A DNA stretch of 32,000 bases. Origin: an uncultured archaeon (lineage in GTDB: Archaea; Asgardarchaeota; Thorarchaeia; Thorarchaeales; Thorarchaeaceae). The stretch spans positions 21,034-53,033 of the forward strand of contig CAYHAA010000016.1 in assembly GCA_964354495.1 (NCBI GenBank), written 5' to 3'. A program made the translations under genes and the position numbers. Positions 8,372-17,938 of this stretch are shown piece by piece (position 1 is the stretch's first letter; every line of letters starts with the position of its first letter). Below the pieces are notes generated by a model, which worked only from the letters and a program-made list of their open reading frames with translations, was not told the DNA's origin and did not search any database.

Positions 8372-11300
8372 TTGAGTGCTGTAACATCGACCCGAAAAAA
8401 GATGGGCTTGACCACGATAGTTGGTTCAATCCTCGTCGTCGCAAGCATAATCTGGGGTCTGTACAGCTTCGTACTGATACAATATGGGGGTGTGAGACCG
8501 TACGAGCCGCATTATGAGTATGACCTCATCGAATACTGGCCATATACGAATAATTTCACAGGCGGCACGACCAATTGGTTTGAAAATCTGAACTATACTG
8601 ATTTCCAGATAGATCAGCCACTCCCTGAAGATATCCTTGACCGGCTTGATGATGTTGTCTTCGTGGTCACCCCAAGAGACCCGGGACATCTCTGGCGTCA
8701 GGAGTCGTATGATTACTATGATGGTGCAGGGTGGTCCAAGACCATCACTGATTCTTTCAGACCCCTCACATCAGAGGAACTCATCCAACCCTCAGCAGCA
8801 ACGAATCCGATCTACACGGTCATCTTCAATGCGCCTGCAGGCGCGGGTGTAGGTTCTATTGAACTCCCCTCCCTCTTCCCGGCAATTCGTGTCATTGATG
8901 GTTCATTCAAGACCTATAGTCTGGTGGATGGTGTCCCTGTTGAAGACATCCCCTCGAGGTTCTTACATCTAGAACTAGCGACGGACGATTACGGGACACT
9001 CTTACTCAATCCACTCATTCAAGGAACTACTGGTGAGCAGGTTCCTGTAAGCTTCGAGCTCACCTTCGTGGACCAAGACATAGACAATGTCATAGCCAAT
9101 GCATTACAGGGGAGTGCAGCTCCTGGTTGGACAGCAATCTACAGACAGCTACCCGCTCTCACACAGAGGGTCATAGACAACATCACTCAATTCTCTTCCG
9201 TTGGAAACGACGCATATGAGAAAGCAATGGCAGTGAAGACATACTTCCAGAGCACCTTCGAGCTCAACATCACTCCAGAGGCACTTGCTGACTACCCACA
9301 GGGCCAAGAGGTGACTGATTGGTTCCTGGAGCGAGGAAACGGTCTTCCCCAGCATTTTGCCACCTCCTACGCCGTCTTCATGCGATATCTTGGAGTTCCT
9401 GCACGGGTAGTGAGTGGCTATGCCTTGGGCGAGCCAGATCCTGTGGAAGACTTCCGTACTGTCATGGTCCGTCATATGACCTTCTGGGTCGAGGTGTACA
9501 TTCCTATGTCCGGCGCCACAGAGGGAGAATGGATTCAGATGATTCCTACCCCTCTTCCTCCTGAGTTTGGAGGTGGCGAGGACCCTATCAATACTCCAAT
9601 ACCTAATATCGAGCTATTAGTATGGCCGAGCAACGGGCTTCAATGGGCTGAGATAGGCACACCCTTCGAGATCAGTGCATCAATGACCGTTGATGGTGTT
9701 CCCATCACGACGCCAGACACTATCATCTTCAATGATGAGACAGACTCTCGATTCGTTGGTACAGCCACTATTGGACAACCTCCCGACCTGCCCATAGCTA
9801 ATGTCACCTATGTCTTTCCTATTGATGCGACAGTGAGCTATCACATCATGTCTGCAACCTGGGCCAATCCTTATTTCTCTGTTATCAATGCGACTGCAAT
9901 CTTTGCCGTAGGAACACCTTCGCCCTCGTTCGATGAACGACAACAAGCGGATGGGTTTGTTACCAGTGAGACCCAAGAACTGAATGTCAGTCAGGGTGTC
10001 GATACCCATGTGGCCTATTGGGAAGATACAGTCCATGTGTTTGGCATCATGACAGTGAATGGAGTTCCTGTAAACAGCTCTCAATACAACAACCGGTACA
10101 TTCAGATTATGTGGGACAACACCATTGTAGGAGATGCCTTCATTGACGAGTACGGATACTACGAGCTTGATGTGACTGTAGATCCTATGGATTTTGCATT
10201 GATGAGGGTTGGTCTCCATGAGGTCTGGTCATGGTACGCAGGTGACTGGGATGGTGAGATACCACGCCTTCTAGAGGCGCGATCCAGTGACAATTCGACA
10301 ATCACAGTCTGGGGGCGAGTTGGATTTGATCTCAGTGTGAGTCCAACAACCACCTCTGCAGGTGCAACCATCTACTATGATGGTGCTATCCGTTTTCTGA
10401 ACGGTTCTCTCCTCCCCACAGGTCAAAACGTCGGTGTGTTCTTTGGGACACAGGCAAACGCAAGCCGACCCCTGAATGCAACAGGTCGTTTTCAGTGGAG
10501 CTACATGATTCCCGTGATTCAGCCTGACGGGACATATTTTGCACGTGCGAACTGGACCAATCCACTGAACTGGCAATACATCGCGGGCAATTGGAGCATC
10601 TCAATCCCAATTGATGTGGGTGCTGGCGGAACCAATCTTTGGGTGAACCCTCTTCCAGACCCGCTGTTCATCGGTCAGGAAATTGTGATCTGGGGATACT
10701 TGACACATGTTGTCAATGGATCTGGTATTGGCCTGAAGCTGGTCGATATCTGGTGGTCTACAGGAGTACCAGTCAATCTCGGTCCGGTCATTACTGCGGG
10801 AGATGGCTACTTCGAGGTAAATTACACGATTCCTGCAGGATACGAGGGCCCAGTGGAATATTGGGCATACTTCAACTCGGTCGATCCTGCGCTTGCAAGC
10901 TCGGAGCTACTTCCTCATCTCTTCTCGAACATAAAGCGCTATGATGTGACAATATCAATTCTGGTCAATCCTGACCCCGTGCGTCTTCTCCAGACGGTAC
11001 GTATTCAAGGGTCTGCAATACTACTTGAGAACGCCAGCTCTCCACTTGCTTTCGTTAGTATCGACATTTGGTGGGGGAACTCGACAGGTGACTACCTTCT
11101 CAACACGGTGTTGACCAACGCGACGGGCGGTTATGTGTTCTACTACCAGATTCCATTAGGTCACAGCATTGAAGTCGTGACTGTCTGGGTCAGTTATACT
11201 TCCCTGTTTTCGAATATTGCAGATGGCGAATCAATCCCCGAACCAGTCTCAATTGAAGCAACTGACACGCTGATTACGGTCAACGAGGACTTCACTACAT

Positions 11301-14164
11301 ATCATCTCAACGAAACCGTGCTTCTCTATGGTAGTCTTCAGTTTGCCAATGGGACTCCTATTGCATTCGAAACCGTGTACATACACTGGGTCAATGCATC
11401 GGGCGCCTTTGTCTTTGAGCGACTCACAGACATCAATGGTAACTACCAGTTCCAGTACAATTTCTCTACAAGCATGTCTGTGGGGATAATCGATGTGCAT
11501 GTGAACTGGACATCTTGGACTCCTCTCTATGCGGATGCCTTTGATACCCTCGTACCAAGCATTGAGGTTGTGAAATACGACCTTGAGATGACCCTGATAG
11601 CACCTGCGCAGATCTATCTTGATGAGGACCTGTTCTTTGAGGGTATCCTATCCTATGCAGGTGGCTCTCCACCATTGATAGGTGAGCTCATTGAGTTGTC
11701 ATATTGGAATGGGACGGATTGGGAGCTGCTAGGCTATCTACCAACGAATTCAACTGGAGGCTTCAACGCCACATTGGGTTTCCCCACGCCCATTGAATAT
11801 ACCTATCAGTTTCGCCTTCTGTATACAGCCACCAACCCACTGAACAACGATGCTGTTGAGTATTTCAGCGTGGAAACTGTGAAGTACACAATTAACCTGG
11901 ACATCACTGTGTCACCGAACCCTGTCATGCAGAATGAGACCATCACAATTCATGCGTATCTCTACTACCAGCATAACGGGACACCGCTAGTCAATGCTGT
12001 CGTGAGTATCTACTGGGATAACGGAACGCTGTTCTTCCTCGGAAATCTCATAACCAATGGAGCTGGACAGGCTGACTTCTACTACTCTGGTATGGACTAC
12101 GACTCAGTGCGAGTCAACATTGAAGTCTACGGGTACTATGCAGGTTCAGTCTATCGAGCCGAGAGAGAATCAATTCACACCATAGTGACACTCGAACAGT
12201 GGCTCACTGAAGTGTACAATGTTGATTCAGATTTGCCTAGGTACGGACTGACTGAAACAGTGATAGTGACTGGAAATCTGCGGTTCGTTCTTCCATCTGT
12301 GCCCTATGCCGGAGTGACCATAGAGCTCCTACTCTCTGGTGTCCCACTTAACGGCACGGTGACCGCATCAGACGGGTCGTTCACACTGTACTGGACCATA
12401 CCTGAGGACACTTCCCCTGATTTCTATGACCTCGTTGTGCGGTTCCAGTCAATGCTTCCATGGATTGCAGGCTCCCAAGCATCCGTTCCGCAGTTTGAGG
12501 TCTATGCGCTTGTTATCATAATCACAGCGAACGTTGACGTGACAACTGTACATCTGGGTGAACAGATCATCTTCTCAGGAACTGCGCAATTCTCGAACAG
12601 CACACCTCTGGACGGGTATGTGATTGAAATCTGGTGGAATGGTGTTCTTCTGAACACAGCAAACGTCACAGCTGGAACCTTTAGCTATGGCTATCTGGTG
12701 CCATACTCCCAGAGTCTAGGTGTCAGGTCAGGATATGCCTTCTTCAATGCTCCAACAGCTGCATTTGTTGATGTCACAGAGTACTTCCCTGACGTGACAG
12801 TCAGAGAGTACATTGACCTCTATCTTGACTCAGAGCCCGTCGTCGACATCTTCACACGAGGCGATACTATCATCGTGACGGGCTATGTCATGAATGATGG
12901 TGCTCTACCAGCAAGTGGGGTGTCGGTTGAGGTACTGGCAGATGGAACGCCCACAGGTTACACTGGAATGACACGTGCAGATGGGACATTTTCAATAAAT
13001 CTCCTCATTCGTTCAGACCAAGCAGTTGGCCTGTATACACTGACCATCGACTCGATTGGCCCCTATCGTGATGTTCTCTCCTCCCCCTCATCATGGACCA
13101 TCTCGGTCTACATGGACTCAGTCGTAGATATTATGACAGTGGGCAGAGCATTGATGCCTGGAGAGTACTTCACCATCAACCTGCAGCTTCATGATGATCA
13201 GGGCAATCCAATCAATGGTGTAACGATTCATGTGTATCTCGATTCTTTTGAGATTGCATCTCCCTACCTAGCAGATGGAAGTGGTCAAGACTTCGACTTG
13301 ACAATACCAATATCTTTGGTAGGAAACGGTGGCCTTTTCGATGTATATGCTGAATTCGCCGGCAGCTCTTTCATCAATGGTCATACTGCGACTGGCCCCC
13401 TAATGCACATCTTCACTGACGTGACCTTCAGGCTGCTTTCTGCCTCGCGTATCGATCCCGGGCAGAGCTTTGTCATAGAGGCTGAAGTCATTGACCCTGA
13501 AGGCAATCCAATCGAGGGAAGAGATGTGCTTCTCAATCTCAATGGGACCCAAGTGATTCCTCTTACAACAGGCTCAGATGGAAGAATATCGTACCCGTCA
13601 TCAGCCTATGCAGATGGTACAACACTCTATTTCACTATCACGCTCGTATCAACAGATGTACCTGATGTAGTATCAGGTCAGTTCACAATTAGAATTCAAA
13701 CTCAAGGTGGTATTATTTTGCAGGGAACGGATCTAATCATAGCAGGAATATTACTAGTAGGTGCAGCTGTCGCCGTCGCGGCGTATCTGTACGTTGTGAA
13801 GGGTATGGGCCGCTCAACGGTCATATCGAGAGGGATTGATATCCCAACAAAGTTACGAAACATCAAGAAGCTCGCTGATGCTGGAAAATATGGTGCGTCC
13901 ATTACCTTGGCGTATCGAACTTTCGAGCAGATGTGCGGTGCGAAAATGGGATCTGAACGGACCCAATCGGAAACCGCCCGTGAGTACCTGAGTCGCGTGC
14001 TCAAGTCTATCCCTCTAGATGGTGCAACTGTTGAGCAGTTTGTTCAGACCTACGAAGAGGCTCGCTTCTCACACCATGAGATGACTCGTGAGCGATACGA
14101 AGCGGCACTTCGCGTCTTCACAGACCTATATCCAAGGATTGACTCTACTGCACCAATGGAATGA
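8372..14164 (+). CDS. Giant membrane-anchored TgpA-like protein: N-terminal TM, inactivated transglutaminase-like core, about 13 Ig-like repeats, C-terminal TM, cytoplasmic DUF4129-like domain
   Basis: 1930 aa with LWRQESYDYYDGAGW and a TGase core (HFATSYAVFMRYLGVPARVVSGY, WVEVY). About 100-aa beta-rich repeats follow, then TM LIIAGILLVGAAVAVAAYLYVV and a DUF4129-like tail (SETAREYL...TYEEARFS). Confidence 0.85.
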   Translation: MSAVTSTRKKMGLTTIVGSILVVASIIWGLYSFVLIQYGGVRPYEPHYEYDLIEYWPYTNNFTGGTTNWFENLNYTDFQIDQPLPEDILDRLDDVVFVVTPRDPGHLWRQESYDYYDGAGWSKTITDSFRPLTSEELIQPSAATNPIYTVIFNAPAGAGVGSIELPSLFPAIRVIDGSFKTYSLVDGVPVEDIPSRFLHLELATDDYGTLLLNPLIQGTTGEQVPVSFELTFVDQDIDNVIANALQGSAAPGWTAIYRQLPALTQRVIDNITQFSSVGNDAYEKAMAVKTYFQSTFELNITPEALADYPQGQEVTDWFLERGNGLPQHFATSYAVFMRYLGVPARVVSGYALGEPDPVEDFRTVMVRHMTFWVEVYIPMSGATEGEWIQMIPTPLPPEFGGGEDPINTPIPNIELLVWPSNGLQWAEIGTPFEISASMTVDGVPITTPDTIIFNDETDSRFVGTATIGQPPDLPIANVTYVFPIDATVSYHIMSATWANPYFSVINATAIFAVGTPSPSFDERQQADGFVTSETQELNVSQGVDTHVAYWEDTVHVFGIMTVNGVPVNSSQYNNRYIQIMWDNTIVGDAFIDEYGYYELDVTVDPMDFALMRVGLHEVWSWYAGDWDGEIPRLLEARSSDNSTITVWGRVGFDLSVSPTTTSAGATIYYDGAIRFLNGSLLPTGQNVGVFFGTQANASRPLNATGRFQWSYMIPVIQPDGTYFARANWTNPLNWQYIAGNWSISIPIDVGAGGTNLWVNPLPDPLFIGQEIVIWGYLTHVVNGSGIGLKLVDIWWSTGVPVNLGPVITAGDGYFEVNYTIPAGYEGPVEYWAYFNSVDPALASSELLPHLFSNIKRYDVTISILVNPDPVRLLQTVRIQGSAILLENASSPLAFVSIDIWWGNSTGDYLLNTVLTNATGGYVFYYQIPLGHSIEVVTVWVSYTSLFSNIADGESIPEPVSIEATDTLITVNEDFTTYHLNETVLLYGSLQFANGTPIAFETVYIHWVNASGAFVFERLTDINGNYQFQYNFSTSMSVGIIDVHVNWTSWTPLYADAFDTLVPSIEVVKYDLEMTLIAPAQIYLDEDLFFEGILSYAGGSPPLIGELIELSYWNGTDWELLGYLPTNSTGGFNATLGFPTPIEYTYQFRLLYTATNPLNNDAVEYFSVETVKYTINLDITVSPNPVMQNETITIHAYLYYQHNGTPLVNAVVSIYWDNGTLFFLGNLITNGAGQADFYYSGMDYDSVRVNIEVYGYYAGSVYRAERESIHTIVTLEQWLTEVYNVDSDLPRYGLTETVIVTGNLRFVLPSVPYAGVTIELLLSGVPLNGTVTASDGSFTLYWTIPEDTSPDFYDLVVRFQSMLPWIAGSQASVPQFEVYALVIIITANVDVTTVHLGEQIIFSGTAQFSNSTPLDGYVIEIWWNGVLLNTANVTAGTFSYGYLVPYSQSLGVRSGYAFFNAPTAAFVDVTEYFPDVTVREYIDLYLDSEPVVDIFTRGDTIIVTGYVMNDGALPASGVSVEVLADGTPTGYTGMTRADGTFSINLLIRSDQAVGLYTLTIDSIGPYRDVLSSPSSWTISVYMDSVVDIMTVGRALMPGEYFTINLQLHDDQGNPINGVTIHVYLDSFEIASPYLADGSGQDFDLTIPISLVGNGGLFDVYAEFAGSSFINGHTATGPLMHIFTDVTFRLLSASRIDPGQSFVIEAEVIDPEGNPIEGRDVLLNLNGTQVIPLTTGSDGRISYPSSAYADGTTLYFTITLVSTDVPDVVSGQFTIRIQTQGGIILQGTDLIIAGILLVGAAVAVAAYLYVVKGMGRSTVISRGIDIPTKLRNIKKLADAGKYGASITLAYRTFEQMCGAKMGSERTQSETAREYLSRVLKSIPLDGATVEQFVQTYEEARFSHHEMTRERYEAALRVFTDLYPRIDSTAPME

Positions 14165-14177
14165 ATAACAAGGAGAA

Positions 14178-15590
14178 ATGCTGATGGGCTGGAAAGAGAT
14201 CCTCCAAGTCACCCTCTTCCTCATGACATGGGTTCCAGTGACAGTACTGGCAGGGTACACTCTCATAGGTCTACAGCCTGCCTACACCCATGACTTCTCC
14301 ATTTACAACGAGGAATGGAACGGTCTTAGTGAGTACCGAGGTGCGATTGAGGACACTGGCCGCCCTGTGTACTCTATCCAAGCCTCGATGAGCGTGGTCA
14401 CAAGGGAGAATGGATCTGCTGTGCTTGTTATCATGGGCCCAGTTCGAGACTTCAGTCTTGATGTGACGGCGGCAGTCTATCTTCACCTACTGGCTGGAGG
14501 GGGTGTTCTCATAGCTGATGATTTTGGATCTGCAAACAACTCCCTAGCTATTCTCAATGCGCTTATGACACAGCTTCTCCCAGGGCAGCTCCCTCAAGGT
14601 GTTTCAGCGTTTCTCTCTTTCACTGGGGGAGTGTTACTTGACTTGGATTCCTATGACCCTGCAAAGGAACCGCGACTTCCTATAATCAGAGACTTCCATA
14701 GTCCCCTAGGTGCTGATCAGGGCTTTCTCACTTCTGGAGTGAATGAGCTCCACCTTAATTGGGCCACCGCAATCAGCCCATATACTCTGCTTGGACTAGG
14801 TGGAATTGCGTGGTGCACTCCCCGGTCCTGGTGCGAAACCAACATCACCGATCCAAGTCCTGAGCCTAACCCGGGTGAGTGGAATGGCAGCCTTCCCGTT
14901 GCTGGTGCGCTTGATTTCTCCTCCCCTCAAAATCCAAACGGTGGTCGGCTGGTTGCAGTGAGTGATCCGAGTATTTTCAATAATGACATGTACGGCAGAT
15001 TCCCTGACAACCAAAGATTCGGTGCGAACATCATAGAGTGGCTATCTCATTCTAATGCTTCAGAACCAGTCCTATTCTGTGAGGAACTTCTTGCAGTACC
15101 ATGGAACAGTGCGGAGTTCTCATTTGGCCTGTATCTCAGTCGAGCCCTATGGTTGTCAACCTTCCCGTTGGTTTCTGCTCTATACCCGCTTATGACCGCG
15201 ATTGGTATGAAGAAATACCTGCCAGAGTTGAAGAAGCCTGAAGTAAAGAGTGTATCAGATGTCTTTCTCAGAAGAGGACAGACATACTTCAGCGAGCGTA
15301 TGACATTCTACAGAACTGAAGGCAATTATGCTAGAGTCGTGAAGATGCTTCATCGTAAGCTGAAACGAGGGCTTAGGAAGCAACAGCAGATGACCGAGTA
15401 CAGCTCGGCAGCTCTTTGGGATCTGATGCGCTATAAAGACTCCAAACTGCGGGAAGGAGAGTTCTTGGCCACTCTAGGGCGAATAGAAGAGATTGCAGCT
15501 GATCCGAATATGAAGATAAAGGAGAGCGAGATGATGGGGCTCTTCTTCTTTATGCGTAATATCCAATCATTGCTAATTGACACCAGATAA
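14178..15590 (+). CDS. DUF4350-like membrane-anchored protein
   Basis: N-terminal TM, then FSIYNEEWNGLSEY, GGGVLIADDFG and GRLVAVSDPSIFNNDM, a second TM and a helical cytoplasmic tail. This family is commonly found next to MoxR/DUF58. The start may be ATG 14184. Confidence 0.7.
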   Translation: MLMGWKEILQVTLFLMTWVPVTVLAGYTLIGLQPAYTHDFSIYNEEWNGLSEYRGAIEDTGRPVYSIQASMSVVTRENGSAVLVIMGPVRDFSLDVTAAVYLHLLAGGGVLIADDFGSANNSLAILNALMTQLLPGQLPQGVSAFLSFTGGVLLDLDSYDPAKEPRLPIIRDFHSPLGADQGFLTSGVNELHLNWATAISPYTLLGLGGIAWCTPRSWCETNITDPSPEPNPGEWNGSLPVAGALDFSSPQNPNGGRLVAVSDPSIFNNDMYGRFPDNQRFGANIIEWLSHSNASEPVLFCEELLAVPWNSAEFSFGLYLSRALWLSTFPLVSALYPLMTAIGMKKYLPELKKPEVKSVSDVFLRRGQTYFSERMTFYRTEGNYARVVKMLHRKLKRGLRKQQQMTEYSSAALWDLMRYKDSKLREGEFLATLGRIEEIAADPNMKIKESEMMGLFFFMRNIQSLLIDTR

Positions 15591-15607
15591 ATCAGAGGTA
15601 AAGGAAA

Positions 15608-16597
15608 TTGACAACAGAAGAACCGAATGAGATCCCGATTGTCGAGACAACCGCAACGATGAGTATCGATGAGGTTCGCAGTACGACCTCGGAGATCATT
15701 CGCGAATGCAACCGAATCATAGTTGGCAAGAATGAGATACTGCAGAATGTTCTCATTGCCATGCTGGCCAACGGACATGTAATACTTGAAGGAGTTCCCG
15801 GGCTTGCTAAGACTTACATGGCACGTACTTTCGCATCAATCCTAGGATGTGCCTTCAAGAGAATACAACTGACTGTAGACACGCTCCCTGCAGACCTGCT
15901 TGGAAGCAACGTGTTCAATCAACGAACAGGAGAGTTCTGGTTCCGTAAGGGTCCCGTGTTTGCCAACTTTGTGTTAGCTGACGAGATTAACAGATGCCCA
16001 CCAAAGTCACAGAGCGCACTGCTTGAAGTGATGGAGGAACGCCAAGTCTCAATTGAAGGTGTGACGAGAAAGCTGCCACGCCCATTCTTGATTGTGGCAA
16101 CCCAGAATCCAGTGGAGCAAGAGGGCACTTATCCACTGCCTGAGGCGCAGCTCGATAGGTTCATGTTCCGCCTGATATTGGACTATCCCACTGATGAGGA
16201 AGAGGCTGAGGTCATCCGGCGGAAGCATCTTGGTGAGGCTACAGAGCTCAGGGTTCTCGCTGACCCCTCACTCATGGTTCGTATGCAAAATACATGTCAG
16301 ACTGTCTTCATCGAAGAGGATATCATCAATTACATCCGAGACATTGTTGTCCGAACCCGGAATGACCCGCAAATCCTACTCGGTGGGTCGCCCAGAGCCT
16401 CGCTTGTCCTGATGAGTGCCTCTAAGGCACGAGCTGCAATGCTTGGTCGTGACTTTGTGATCCCTGAGGACATACGAAAACTGTCAGTTGAGACACTGAA
16501 CCACCGGCTCGTTCTCAAACCAGAGGCCGAGCTCGAAGGGCTATCCGTAGAACGGATTGTGACAAAGATACTCGGCGAGGTAGACTGTCCTCGCTAG
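15608..16597 (+). CDS. moxR: MoxR-family AAA+ ATPase
   Basis: Walker A GVPGLAKT, Walker B LADEINR, ATQNPVEQEGTYPLPEAQLDRF and GGSPRA. Confidence 0.95.
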   Translation: MTTEEPNEIPIVETTATMSIDEVRSTTSEIIRECNRIIVGKNEILQNVLIAMLANGHVILEGVPGLAKTYMARTFASILGCAFKRIQLTVDTLPADLLGSNVFNQRTGEFWFRKGPVFANFVLADEINRCPPKSQSALLEVMEERQVSIEGVTRKLPRPFLIVATQNPVEQEGTYPLPEAQLDRFMFRLILDYPTDEEEAEVIRRKHLGEATELRVLADPSLMVRMQNTCQTVFIEEDIINYIRDIVVRTRNDPQILLGGSPRASLVLMSASKARAAMLGRDFVIPEDIRKLSVETLNHRLVLKPEAELEGLSVERIVTKILGEVDCPR

Positions 16598-16615
16598 CAA
16601 CGGAGACGATAATCT

Positions 16616-17938
16616 GTGATCACCCAGAGGGGCTTTGTAGTAGTATTCGCGGGAGTCCTCCTGCTAACAAGTGGATTCTCCTTTGTCAATTTCTACTTCA
16701 TTCTGCTGGGTGCCTATCTTCTGATTGGACTTGTTGTGACATTGCCCCTCTTTGCTCTCACAGCGAATCTTGCTGGTATCGAAGTCGACCGCCAAATCGA
16801 CAAAGTAAAAGTGTTCTCGGGAGATTTCCTGCGAATTCGTGTCACCATCAAGAACATCTCCAGACGCCATTTTGACTTCATTGAAGTGCATGATCAGTAT
16901 CCTGAGACATGGATTCTCGCAATAGGAGAGAACTTCATTGCATCACGTATCGAGCCTGGCAGCAGTATCACCTTCTCGTATATCCTTCAGGCGAGGATGC
17001 GTGGCCGCTACTTCATTGGCCCCACGGAGGTAGTAATGCGAGATCGGCTTGGGCTCCATTACTATTCACGAACACTCAAGGCTCACACCGAAGTCCTTGT
17101 CTATCCTACATGGAAGGACGTGCGCCGAATGGAGGCTCTTGGCAAGCAGCGCCAGCTCGGACTCATGTTCGGAGCACACAGAACAAAGACCGTCGGAATG
17201 GGGTCTGACTTTGTGGGTTTCAGGGATTACACGCCCGGTGACGAGTTCAGGCTTATCGACTGGAAGACCAGTGCGAAACGCGGCGATATGGTGATCAAGC
17301 AGTTCGAGATGGAGAAGAATATCCAAGTCATCTGCATGTTGGACACAAGCGGAAGCATGGGAAATGGCTATCCAGAGAACACGAAACTGGAATACGCCAT
17401 CAGGGCTGCAGTACTTCTGACGCACATGGGCCTTGAGAGAAAAGACCTCATTGGGACGTGCGTGTTCAGTGACATAGTTCACAGCTATGTTCCTCCTGGA
17501 GTAACCCCTAATCACATGTATAGTGTCCTTGAGGCGTTGGCTGGTGCTGAACCGACGGGTTGGAGCGATTACGAGACTGCGATAGAGTACGTTGTGAAAC
17601 AGACAAAGAAACGGTCACTCATCATCTGGCTGACTGATCTTGAGGAGAGTCCGGCTCCACTCCTCAACGCAATGAAGGCGCTAGTGGCCAATGGTCACAA
17701 AGCCATGGTGATTAGCCCATTTGGCCCTTGGTTCGAGGCACCGGTTGGTCAGTTCGGACCCGTAGAAAAGGTGCTCTCTGAGGCAGTTTCTGAGGAGCTC
17801 TGGGAGAGAAGGGCCAAGATTGCTCAGGCGTTGGCTCGATTCAGTATTGAGGTCATCAATGTTGGCCCAGAGGACTTTCTGCCGACTATCATCAAGACCT
17901 ATGAGCATGCAAAACAGAAGGGGGTGGCAATGTTTTGA
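16616..17938 (+). CDS. DUF58 / von Willebrand A domain protein (MoxR partner) with N-terminal TM helices
   Basis: DFVGFRDYTPGDEFRLIDWKTSAK (DUF58), MIDAS-like DTSGS and WLTDL, with an Ig-like segment (GRYFIGP...DRLGL) before them. Confidence 0.92.
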   Translation: MITQRGFVVVFAGVLLLTSGFSFVNFYFILLGAYLLIGLVVTLPLFALTANLAGIEVDRQIDKVKVFSGDFLRIRVTIKNISRRHFDFIEVHDQYPETWILAIGENFIASRIEPGSSITFSYILQARMRGRYFIGPTEVVMRDRLGLHYYSRTLKAHTEVLVYPTWKDVRRMEALGKQRQLGLMFGAHRTKTVGMGSDFVGFRDYTPGDEFRLIDWKTSAKRGDMVIKQFEMEKNIQVICMLDTSGSMGNGYPENTKLEYAIRAAVLLTHMGLERKDLIGTCVFSDIVHSYVPPGVTPNHMYSVLEALAGAEPTGWSDYETAIEYVVKQTKKRSLIIWLTDLEESPAPLLNAMKALVANGHKAMVISPFGPWFEAPVGQFGPVEKVLSEAVSEELWERRAKIAQALARFSIEVINVGPEDFLPTIIKTYEHAKQKGVAMF

